A stretch of 63,941 nt of DNA, filler included, from Neoconidiobolus thromboides FSU 785 (lineage: Eukaryota > Fungi > Entomophthoromycota), in assembly GCA_025603075.1 (NCBI GenBank). It is 4 parts of 4 records of this genome, joined end to end, with 100 filler letters (N's around TTAATTAATTAA, not from the genome) between each part and the next. Parts side by side here need not be neighbours in the genome. Positions count along the whole stretch, not along the records: positions 1 to 20,541 come from MU626550.1; 3 more parts are not named here. One strand, written 5' to 3'. The notes below the pieces were generated by a model that was not told the DNA's origin, did no database searches, and saw nothing but the letters and a program-made list of their open reading frames with translations. Of this stretch, positions 1-11,133 are shown one piece after another; the stretch's first letter is position 1; each line of letters begins with the position of its first letter. The position numbers and the translations under genes were made by a program.

Positions 1-798
1 CTCGACAATTTGATTCATGGTAATAATTGTTTGGTTTACTTCCTTCGACATATAATGGAGCGAACTTTCTAACAAAAGAAAGAAAACAGATCCTGACATA
101 CAAACAACATATACTATTAATATAGTATATATTCTAATTGCTGCTGAGTTCAAACTGGGAATCTTCTTATTTTCTATTACTGTTGAGTCTGATGCTGCCT
201 CGATTTGGACAAAAAATTTTATATTAGTTACATTCCTGGCTAATTTATAATAACAAAAGGATATTATTGATACTCCAAAAAAGAAGCTTAAAACTAAATA
301 ATGATAAGTGATAGAGCTGATCAATGAATCCATTACAGATAACATACACATCAAGTCAGAAGAAGCTGGTGTCATTAAGTTTTGGGTGGCACAGTAAAGT
401 AATAAAGCAATAAAAGATATAGCATTTATATGTAAAGGTAAAAAGATATATTTTGGTAGTTTGATTTTGATTATTTTATGTAACCTTTCAGCAGCTAAAA
501 ACACACTTAATTGAACTTCAAAGTAATATAAGATATTAACTAAAAAACCAAGGATCTGGCATCCTAAAGTAATATGAATTAGGCGCTGTCCAGTCACAAG
601 ATAATAAGAAAAATCTATCAACAATACTAATGGGGCAAAGTACTCTACTGAAGCCACTGCGACTATTAACTTTAAGTCCTTTGTCATTGGTTTAATTCGA
701 AAACAAAAGTAGATTAAAAACGTATTTAAAATTATGGTAACAAACATCAAAGATATAATGGAGTAATGGAAATAATTGTATGAACCCTGGTGTTCCAT
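1..798 (-). CDS. Rhodopsin-like (class A) 7TM receptor-like protein, 3' truncated by window/contig start
   Basis: Reverse complement starts ATG GAA CAC CAG GGT TCA TAC (MEHQGSYNYFHY) at 798 and is near-identical in sequence to ORF 19744 down to base 1; absent from the ORF track, probably because it runs off the edge. Confidence 0.8.
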   Translation of the reverse strand, partial: MEHQGSYNYFHYSIISLMFVTIILNTFLIYFCFRIKPMTKDLKLIVAVASVEYFAPLVLLIDFSYYLVTGQRLIHITLGCQILGFLVNILYYFEVQLSVFLAAERLHKIIKIKLPKYIFLPLHINAISFIALLLYCATQNLMTPASSDLMCMLSVMDSLISSITYHYLVLSFFFGVSIISFCYYKLARNVTNIKFFVQIEAASDSTVIENKKIPSLNSAAIRIYTILIVYVVCMSGSVFFLLLESSLHYMSKEVNQTIITMNQIVE

Positions 799-1611
799 TT
801 TAAATATAACAAACTCGGTTTTAAAGAAAACGAATTATATAATAAAAAAGAATTTGTAGCTTAATGTGATTAAATAGTAAATAAGTCAAGTTTTTATAGG
901 AAACATACATGTTACTCCATTACTTGGAAACATATTCCAGACTTAAAGTTTAATCTTAAAACTAAAAAGGTAAATATTTGCAGTTACTAATTTACTTTAA
1001 TTATTTGATTTGAACGTGGGTAAAGCATTTTAACTTTGTATTTATGAATGTAAAAATACAAAAAATCCTTATAATTAAAAGCAGGGTATACAAAATGTAA
1101 ATGCCCACTTCTACATTTAATATAATTAATATTAGCTTGTAATTCCTTTATTTCTGTACAAATTGTCAAATAATAAAATAAGAAATTATGGTGTGCAACC
1201 AAGGTAAGACTAAAGGTAAAAAGAGAGGTAAAATTATTTAGACATTTTAGAAAATATTTAAGGGGCTTTAAACCCTATCATCAATATTTTAGCAAATTCA
1301 ATTCCAAGTTGGATGATTATGGGAGTGAATAATGAAACTCTAAACAAAAAGATTAGAAGTATTGTGCCTCGATAGGACAAGTATAATAGATACAGAAACA
1401 GTGTTTATTTGTATGTTACAATACAGTTTCATATCATAAATAAAGTCCAATTAAACTGCAATATAATTATTTTATCTCTAAGAACAAATTGTTTTATATA
1501 ATTTTTGCATTGCAATAATGTATTTTCTAACAATTTTTATGTACATGAAAGTATGATGGAGCATTTGGGTTGACCAAATAGAGTATTTTCAATCTACTCA
1601 GCTTCTTTATA

Positions 1612-1764
1612 CACTAAGAGAGGGTCTCGGATAGTTACTCCTAAAAATTGACTTATTTAGTAAAGCATGGTGTATTTTTACTAAGCTAAGTGAATGCAAT
1701 GCTATTTCATATTTTACTAAACAAATCAATTTTTGGTAGTAACTACCCGAAACCTCTTCTAGTG
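1612..1764. mobile_element. 153-bp foldback/MITE with ~60-bp imperfect TIRs, CACTA...TAGTG termini, flanked by TA
   Basis: Left arm CACTAAGAGAGGGTCTCGGATAGTTACTCCTAAAAATTGACTTATTTAGTAAAGCATG vs reverse complement of right arm CACTAGAAGAGGTTTCGGGTAGTTACTACCAAAAATTGATTTGTTTAGTAAAATATG. Confidence 0.7.
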
Positions 1765-2018
1765 TATAAGGAAAGGGTTTAACAGTGATGTAAAAAATTT
1801 AATGGTGATTCTCACAAAAATGAGCAAGATCTCAAATGTCATAATGCAGATTTTTAATTTCATTTATATTTAGAATTATTATCAAAAAGATTTAAATAAC
1901 AGTTTAAGTTTTTTTCATAAGATAGCTTGATAAAATGAAATACTATAAAATTAGGTAAATGAATTTAAGAAGGTAGCTTTTAAACTGGTTCTAATATTAG
2001 CATTTTAAGCTCATTATC

Positions 2019-2121
2019 ATATGGGGTGTTTCTAGCTTCATCACCTTTTCTATCTTTTAAGTGCTATTTGAGCAAAAAAGTTGGTAATAAAATTCTTAAA
2101 CCTAAAAATATATCCCCATAT
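2019..2121 (+). mobile_element. ~105-bp MITE family A copy (ATAT/ATAT)
   Basis: ATAT-GGGGTGTTT...AAAAATATATCCCC-ATAT with family core AAGTGCTATTTGAGCAAAAAAG. Confidence 0.85.
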
Positions 2122-3940
2122 TATGAATTGTTGATTTAATTCTTAGTTTTTACTTTTCTTAGTTTCAGAACATTTTGGTTTTTTTCTAGGGGATTGGTCC
2201 AGTGATACTCTACTCCCTCTTCCTAGCCAAGATTTCAGGATTATTCCTTAGTAAGGCCAAAATAGAAGAACAACACATTTACTTTCGTAAGACCTGCAGC
2301 CTGTATACTACCCGTTAGCTAAAAGCTTTATGTCATTAGTTGATCTTGGGATATTTGATTGAAGCTTATGATATTTTTTGAAATAAATTCACTAATTGCG
2401 CCTTTGGTGCAAGTATGTTTAAAAAAACTATTCTAGGCTCTTAAATGTGATTTATCAAACTCTATCGTGTTATTACTCCAAACACTTTTATAACAAAGTT
2501 GAATTACATTGAAGATGTGCTAAACGTTATTAATGAAAGTTTTATTGCTACAATAATATTTCATGGTTAAATATGTTTCAACAATAAACAACAAACAATA
2601 AGAGCTTACTATTAAAATTGCATATATGAAGATATCTTTTTTGTTTAAAATTTTGCTACCACTTCACTTAATGCTTAAAAAGTGGAAAAAACAATGAAAC
2701 GAAACATCCCTAATATACTCTTTCATTATTTTTTCATTTCAATTTTATTGCTATGTAATAGAATCATGATATTGATATGCGAGCTAATGTCGTTAAACCA
2801 ATATTAATAATTCTATGGTTGATTTTTGTAAATATCTACATAGTTATGAATTTTATTGATTTGCAAATAGTCAATAAATAATCTGCAGTTAAAAAGATGT
2901 CTTATGTTTTTTTGTATAATCAATTGAGTAATAACCTTTTTGTTAGTTTCATTAAAATAAATAAATATCAAAGATTGAAAGCATATGCTTGCATAAAAGC
3001 TTTATATTGTATATTCCTATAGTATTTAATTCCTATAATAAATTTCAAGATAATAATGACAAGAATTCCATCTAAATCTTTTGATTGCTACATTTTCAAG
3101 ATAGAGTAACTAAAAAGAGATACTAGAAAATATAGAGATGTTTTTTTGCTAATTATCCTTTTTTACTTTTTCTTAAAATTTGGTAATTAATTAACGAGTA
3201 CACTGTTTAAGCTTGGATGTTGTGCTAACTAACTGTTCATTTCAAAACAAAATAAAAGCAATAAGTAAATTAGTATGATATAGTAAGTAGGGATTATAGA
3301 ATTTATCATCTATTAGCACAAATTCAAACTTAAATAGCTGTATTAGTTGATTTTTAAATTTTAAAAAATAGCAAAAAAGGATAATGGGTAAAAAACGCTT
3401 ATATTATGGATTCAGTATTTTAAATAGAAAACAAAGCTTGACTTAATTTAGATGTGACATAGCCCGAACTGGCTAATTCCATTTCAATCTAGTATTGCCA
3501 ACAAGCGTTGTACTAACTTTCTAGGTTACCAACTGTCATCCACAACAATAGGCAGTATGTTTAGTTCCTGTCGAGTTTAGTGGAGGCTTAACCAAACTTG
3601 ATTATGAATATATCAGTATGCAAGAATTAATAAGAACATGCCAAATTAAATGTGAACATCTTTTGTCCTATTATTATTCTGTTTATTTATTGTACATAAA
3701 ACTTAAAATTAATAACTAAGCACAAAAACAAATAATACACCCCCATAGTTTAGCTAATGAGTATACTTTTTACTATTAAATTAACATGTATTTGCGCAAC
3801 TTTGGTAAACATTGATCGTTTTTTTAGAGTTAATGGTATTGTGACAGACTAAAAAGAGTCAACTGTGACAAAATATAAAGTACAAAAAATATTATAAATA
3901 CTAATCAAATATTATAAATAAAATCAAGTGACAAAAAATC

Positions 3941-4442
3941 ATAAAATTACTAGCCTTGGATCTTTACTCTCTTTCATCGGTGATGTTTTAACCGTTACTT
4001 TACTAGTAGATGATTTCATTATCTTGTTAGAAGATATCAATAATATGAATGTTACAAATACACAGTAGTTCTTAATTAGAAAAAATAATCCAAGATCAAC
4101 TGTGAGGTGGTATAAAAAATTGATTAGTTAGCCCCAAATCCTTTGAGAATCTTTAAAAAAAGCTAATGTTAGTAAAAAAGGGAAAGATACTTCTTATATT
4201 AGTAAAAAAGCTAATTTGAAAGGGACGTACTCAAACTGATCTTAATATTGGTTTTGTAAGTTTAATAGGTCAATTATATGTTATCGATTTTAATTCCTTT
4301 TTTTAGATTTTCGAAAGAGATTTGCCACAGCCTTATTGTATTGCTACTCCTGATACCATTAGTATAGCTTTAGACTTTAATCCAACTAAGTTAAATTGCT
4401 ATTGATCAAAACGATATTATTTTAAGGACCTACGATGGTTGA
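3941..4442 (+). pseudogene. Decayed paralog of the I78 peptidase inhibitor gene at 5599
   Basis: Exon 2 reads DLPQPYCIATPDTISIALDFNPTKLN then a 1-bp frameshift to IAIDQNDIILRTYDG*; 5' part shares TCTTTACTCTCTTT with the signal-peptide region of 5599; start codon reads ATA. Confidence 0.7.
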
Positions 4443-4540
4443 ATAAGTTATAGTAGTATTATTTATTTATTTCAATAAACTATCATGGTTTCATACTATT
4501 TAATCTAGTAGATCGCAACTTCTAATTTAATCATTTCACT

Positions 4541-4646
4541 ATATGGGAGTGTTTTTTTTGACTTCATTATTTTTTCCATTTTTAAGCGCTATTTAAGCGG
4601 AAAAATTGCTAGTAAAATTCTTAAATACAAAAATACATCCCCATAT
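4541..4646 (+). mobile_element. MITE family A copy, near consensus (ATAT/ATAT)
   Basis: ATAT-GGGAGTGTTTTTTTTGACTTCATT...TAAGCGCTATTTAAGCGGAAAAATT...AAAAATACATCCCC-ATAT. Confidence 0.9.
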
Positions 4647-5126
4647 ACTTTTATAAACACATTTGGTATTAGAATCATACTCACAAGACTAAAAATGATA
4701 TGCTTGAGGATTTGATGGCATATTTACTACTATTTTAAGCATAAGAAAAAGAAAAATAAGTGAAGATAATATTACTTTACAGCTTGACAATGTTTGATTA
4801 AATTACTTTATTTTTTAAAGGTACAATAACTAGTTTCAAACACCATTAAACCTTTGTATTTAACGTTACTTTAAGTAAACAGATGGTGACTAATTGATAA
4901 TGATTTATACCTTGAGCTAATCAGCTCACCTCTTGGTTTAATGTAGATGGTGGAGGTTTTAATATCTACCTATGGCCTCTAATAATCAGTTGTAACAACT
5001 AGCAACCACCTTAGCTTCAACTACTCCTAAGTCTGAAGGCTTATACATCTCAATAAAGCACATATTGATTTTTATATAAATAAACAATATAATACAGATA
5101 AACAGCGATTTTTCCTTAAAATGACT

Positions 5127-5208
5127 ATGTGGGGCTATTTTTTCCATTTCTTAAGTACTATTGAGCGGAAAAAATGTTAGTAAATTTTTTAAATAAAAAC
5201 AGATATAG
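5127..5208 (+). mobile_element. MITE family A, degenerate copy with internal deletion
   Basis: Core TTTTCCATTTCTTAAGTACTATTGAGCGGAAAAAATGTTAGTAAA. Confidence 0.65.
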
Positions 5209-5598
5209 CAATGTCTTAATTATATGCTTAAGTCGGAATTTGGCGATTTTTTCTCAAAAACCTAAAATTTAATGAACCTTGCATTTATACAAAAAAAGTC
5301 AATTCCATAGCACGAATAGGGTAAGTATCGTTTGTTAAAATCCTGCATATTGGTATTACCAAAGTTTTAAAAGCCCCAAAATAAAATAAAGCAAAAAAGA
5401 TATTAATAAATATTTGAAATTCTGAGCTAGTATAAGGATGTAAAGCCATCGGCTCGATTATAGCAACTTTTCGATAATTGTTAGTAGTTAGATAAAAGGC
5501 TTGGATTATCATACTAACTTATAAGCTCAAACCTTCATTTTAAAGATTTTAAAAATATATAAAAACCGAGGAAAAAGATATCAAAGACTAAAAAAATT

Positions 5599-6100
5599 AT
5601 GAAATTTATTAACATTGCATCTTTACTCTCTTTTGGTACCATTGTATTTAGTACTACTTTACCATCAGGGTCGATTGCTCATCCTATTAATCAAAGTGCA
5701 GATATTTTCCCTTCTGACAATTCAAACAATAACAATCAGCTAGACAATGGTATCTTCAATAACAGCAATGAAATACAACATCATGATATTGATCCTGACT
5801 TCAACAAATATCCCAATAAACCACCACAAAGTAATAAGAAAGTTGGTACGAAGTATTATATTGGTAAAAAATTAATCAAGAAGAGTAGTTATCCATTATA
5901 TAGTGGCTATGATACCGTAAGTTTATTAAATTGAATATTTAATCTTAATTGTTTGTTCTTAGGTTAAGGAAATTGATTTGCCAAAACCTTATCGTATTAT
6001 TACCCCGTATACACTTGGTGTTACTTTGGATTATAACCCTGATCGACTCAATCTTGTAGTTGATAAGAATTATATTATTAAAGAAGCATACTATGTTTAA
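5599..6100 (+). CDS. Secreted peptidase inhibitor I78-family protein, 2 exons (5599-5916, 5963-6100)
   Basis: Signal peptide MKFINIASLLSFGTIVFS; GTAAGT..AG intron of 46 nt; exon 2 VKEIDLPKPYRIITPYTLGVTLDYNPDRLNLVVDKNYIIKEAYYV matches the I78/potato-inhibitor-like pattern RII.P...VT.DY.P.RLN.VD. Confidence 0.75.
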
Positions 6101-6493
6101 ATAGACTTTATAATAAATTATGCTTATTATTAAGCTATTTTTAAAATTCAAAATTTAATCTTTAAATCAATTATTTTAATTTGACCTGGAGATTATAACT
6201 GGGAAGTAATGTTACTATTTCAATCAATTTCAATTAGTTTACATTTAAAAGAACTTGTATTAACTGTAAATTAGTTTTATTTATATTATTAAGTTATTAA
6301 ATTTTTAATCTATTTCAACTATTTCAACTATTTCAAATGGTCTAATTTTTTATAGAGTTTTGATTAAATAGATAGTTTTAAACGAATGATCCATCAATTT
6401 AATCAAATAAAAAGACTAATGATCGATTATGAGATCGAAAAACCAATGTAAGAAATATCAAATTAAATAAAGCCGTACACTCATTTTTATTTT

Positions 6494-9400
6494 TTACTTT
6501 TTATCTTTAGTACCATTCTTATTCACCCTTATACTGTCCTTTAATTTAGATCCATTACTGCTTCCTTTATTATTAGCTATTAAAAAATTGCTGATTGTAT
6601 TTGGTTTACTAATACTATTCATAGCCTCAGGTCTATACTGTGAAGATATATTATTTGGTTTTCTCGGAAGGATTTCACCTAATTTAGGTGTATTTGAAGA
6701 TAGTTTTTGTGGCTGGAATTCACTTATTTGGATTGTATTTAATGTTGCTCTTTGGGGACGAATTTCGCCCAGCTTAGCCGTGTTTGATGCAGAGTTCCTC
6801 GGTAGTATCTCCCCCATTTTTAAAGTATTTGATACTGGTCTCCGTGCGCGAATCTCACCCAAATTAAATGGATTGAATCCTCCTCTTTGTGATCGAATTT
6901 CACCTACTTTAAACGTATTTGGTACTGCTTTTTTAGAAAGGCCCATACCACTTTGACCATTGAAAAACCTTTCATGTTTTCTACTTAACTTATTATTAGG
7001 TAAAACAACGCCAAGTTTAGATAATAACCGGACATCCTTACTCGACGATTTTATTGTCTGAGCTGGATTTATTTTAAGTGAGTTAGATGGAGCTACAATC
7101 CTTTTTTCAATCGTATTATTTATTTGATTATTGGGTTTTTGATTTTCATATTTATTATTATTTGATTTACTATCCCCATCCCCTTTAGTAAGAATAGAGT
7201 TGAACAGTTTATCAATCTTAACCGCCTTATTCTCAGAAAAAACTGCTTCTTTCGGCATATTGCTTCCATCAGAAACCCCACTAGGCAATTGCATCTTTTG
7301 TAAATTAATCGCCAAATTGGAAGTTCTTTGAAGATGTTTAAAATTACGTGAAACTGCATTTAATACAATATTACGCACATCATTACTTTCCACTTTAGTA
7401 TTTTTTTTATACTGCTGATTGTAAGTTGCTGTTTGTGAAATTCCAATTAAATCATAAAGTTGAGCTTTCATTGAGTCATTTTTGGGCTCTGTTTTAACTT
7501 CTGTTTCTTTATTTTCTTCTTTAACTATTGAAAACCTATTTATTTTTAGTTACTATTTTTAATGGTCAGTAAATAAATTACATCTCTCCCATATTCTGAT
7601 TTGGTTCATTGTCCTGGCTTTCATCACTATTATCCTGACTCATGTTTCCATTATCCAAACTCTCATCATTATTGTTTCCCCCACTAGTCACGCTACCTCC
7701 ATTACTATCACCCTTCTTAGGCAATACGCTTTCACGGGGTGGGTAAGCAAACAATTCTTTTGTGTGATTCTAAAACAATAGCTTTAATAGCTATAAACTG
7801 AAATTTCGAAAAGTTCCTTACTTTAAAAAATAATTTCTGCTGTGGATCGTTTAAAATCCTATCTGCCAGTATTTGTTTATATAACTGTAAGTGATGCACT
7901 CTCTGCTCAATAGTACCCTCTGCAATAAAACGATATATTTTAACTTCTCTCATTTGCCCTAATCGCCACGCTCTTGAAAGCGCTTGAAGATCAGCGGATG
8001 GATTCTAGATTATGCCTGTAAATATTTAATAGTCTACTACGCTTTAATTTAATTACCCAATCAGGATCAAAGATAACTACTCGATCAGCGCCAGTTAAAT
8101 TTAAGCCTTGGCCTCCAGTACGAGTAGTTAAAATAAAAGCAAAGATGCTTGTGTTTGAATTGAATTCATCCACAAGGCTAAGTCTTTTAGAAACAGTAGT
8201 TGTACCATTCATATATAAATAATTTGTATCTAATTGATGATTATTAACACTTATGATACTAGTATATGATATGAATTTACTCTTAAAAAATTCCATCTTC
8301 CTGAGAATATCCTGCATTTGTATTGTTTGGCAAAATATTAATACACGGTGGTTATGCTGCTTCCATAACCTTAAAAACCCATCCAACACCAATGTTTTTC
8401 CCGACTTTTTATAATGGCCATAATGATTCACCTTTGAGTTTATTTATTTTATTTTATTTTTGCTAAAATCAATAAAGCTTACATTTCTTTGATCTTTATA
8501 ATATTGTAGATCAGGATGATTGCTTATCTTTCTTAATGTTGACATACCCACCATATGATTCTTCTTGTCACTTAAAATACTATTACATTCCTCTGAGTTT
8601 AAGTACCTTACATATGCCTTATATTGTTTATAATGTAGTTTACATAAAAGTACCTATAACATATTAGTTTATGATATTTTGAAAAGTAATTTTCTTACAA
8701 TTTCTTCTTTCTTTGGAAGCTCTTTATTTACTTCTAATTTTAATCTTCTCAATAAATGTTTTTTTATCATTTCTCGAAGACCTTTTGCAGTTTCTATAGC
8801 CACTTGACGTCCAAAAATATCATCTCCTTTGACAGAGGTCAGTTCAATTGATCTAGCAATCCGATTATCAAATTCTTCTAAAGTCTAAAAATAAGCTATC
8901 AAATTATATGTATACTGTTTTTTTTACCCCTAACAAACCTGGAAGTACAAAATCAAAAATGGACCATAATTCTCTAAGTTTATTTTGAATGGGGGTTCCT
9001 GATAATATGTATCGATGTTCAGTCTAAAATAAATGTTACTTATATATTTCTATTTCTTATTCATCTATCTTTACATTAAACACTTTACAGGCCTTACTGG
9101 TCTGAGTATCCGGATTTGAAATCTTATGTCCCTCATCTAGGAATAGACAGCCCCATGCCAAATTTGAAAATTTAGGACCATAAGATAACGCGCCTTCATA
9201 TGAAGTAATAAATATAGTACCTGGTTTGAAATGATCTTTAATAGTATGTAATAAATTATCCGATCTTATTGTTGATTTAAATCTGCGTCTGTTTCCTAAC
9301 TTAAATGATTTTAATTTCTTTATTGGGACCTTTAATGCATTTAAGTTGATCACTCTTAATGGTGGCCACCATCGGTGAATTTCTTGTACCCATTGACTTG

Positions 9401-10735
9401 TTATTGTTGCTGGGCAGATGATTAAAGAAGGTCTATTCAGTTTTTTCGAGTAATATAAAGAAGCTAGAAAGGTAATACTTTGGATTGTTTTTCCCAACCC
9501 CTAATTTATATTGTTAACATTACCTTTTAATGATTTTTAATTCAGGTATTACCATTTCGTCTGCTAAAACACCCCCTTGATTTAGCTTAAATAGCTCCCA
9601 CAACCATCTGACACCTTAAAATAATTAAATCAAATTTACTTATCTAACTTGTGATGATTTAGTAAATACCTTTTTTCTGATAATTTAATAAATCCTTAAC
9701 GATTTCTCCAGGAATTTTTAAGCCCCCATTCAATGTTCTATCTTCATAATTAGGATGTGGGGCATACTCTTCCTCAACCTACCAATTTAGTAAAAGAAAA
9801 TAAAAGTTATTTATGAATTACTTCAATACTTTCACCACGATGCTTTTGTCTCAATTCAATCCATTGTTGTACCCGGGCCTAATAATTAATACTTGAATCT
9901 AGATAATAGTATATATCTTACCTTATAATCTCTCTCTTCAAAATCATCTTTAACACTTAAATGATTCCTTATTTTGTTATCGTTATCAGTCTCATTTTCA
10001 TTTTCTAAATCACTAAAATCATCATCTGAGTCTAATTCTAAATCTTCCTCTATATCTTCAAAACTTTCTTCGCTGAAATAATCCTGCTTTTTGCTCCTCC
10101 TTTTTTTAGTTCCAACTTCATCTTCCGGGATATACTCAGAGCCTTCCGACTCGTAAACCTCAGAGGAACATTCAGAATCATAAAATTTATATCCCAACTC
10201 TTTCCTAATCACATCTATATCTTCTTCTTTTTTTAAACTACTAGTATTTACTTGATCCTCAGGTATCTCATCTTCAACAATACTTTCCACTTGCGGCAAT
10301 TCACTTAATTTAACTTCTTCAACTTCTTTTTTTATATTAGTTAATATACCTTCTTGAGGCTCTTCTTTTACTAATTTGATTTAATATCCATTTTAAGTCA
10401 ACAATTATTCAAATTACCAATAACAATTTCTTCCGCATTCTCTTCACTAATAAAAAACTGATAAAACTCCAAAATAAGTCAAAATTAACAAAATAAATTA
10501 CCTTTTTTTCTTTTTATTCATATTCTTTTTCAACTGCTTTAAATTTTTTGCCTTTATTTCTTCTTCTATCTAGTTTAATCTAGATTAATTTTTGTGGCTT
10601 TATTAAATCCACCAATCTCCTTACCTCCTTATTAACATCTAATGCCAAACTGTGCTGTGATACCACTTTAAAGCCTAAGCTTTCTGATAGTTGTTGTAAC
10701 TCATCCTCTTTGGGTTCTTGTTTGATATGCTCCAT
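6494..10735 (-). CDS. RAD26: SNF2-family ATPase, Rad26/CSB (ERCC6)-like, multi-exon; ORFs 9886, 9057, 7991, 7732 and 6494 belong to one gene
   Basis: Motifs [97 protein letters not shown]; splicing puts ORF 6494 in frame as the last exon; ATG at 10735 (MEHIKQEP). Confidence 0.85.
6655..6923 (-). repeat. Six tandem 45-bp (15-aa) coding repeats in the Rad26 last exon
   Basis: [90 protein letters not shown]. Confidence 0.85.
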
Positions 10736-11133
10736 TAATATTTTTGCTAGAAATAGAAGTAAAATAGAAAAACAAAATAAAAAAAGGCTTAATATTTCAT
10801 GATTTTCTAATTAGATTGCAGAGTTTCTATATTAAGCAAATTTCTTGAAACTGCGTGGCAGCTAAATTTTGAAAGAAATCGATTTTTTAGGGGTTTGATT
10901 TAATCAAGGGTTTGGATTATATTCAAGGTATTTTTGAGCAGAGTATTTTAAGACTAATTTTCATAAATATATTAGTTAAACTTTTATTATTTAATGATTT
11001 TTATTATTACAAAATCAATAGGCATCAAGGAATAAGAACATTCTTGATAAGGTATTAGGTAAAGTATGAAATAATTAGTAGCATCCAACATAATAAAAAA
11101 CAGAGATAGGTTCCTAATATTTCGCATAAAATA

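Noticed and set aside
987-1202. Short isolated ORFs (987, 5285, 18174, 23681, 26483, 28588, 30089, 39500, 63583)
   Set aside because: 60-80 aa, many with non-ATG starts, composition expected from AT-rich DNA; 26483 overlaps tRNA-Val.
6588-6956. 122-aa plus-strand ORF with RISP repeats
   Set aside because: Antisense shadow of the 45-bp repeats in the Rad26 last exon.
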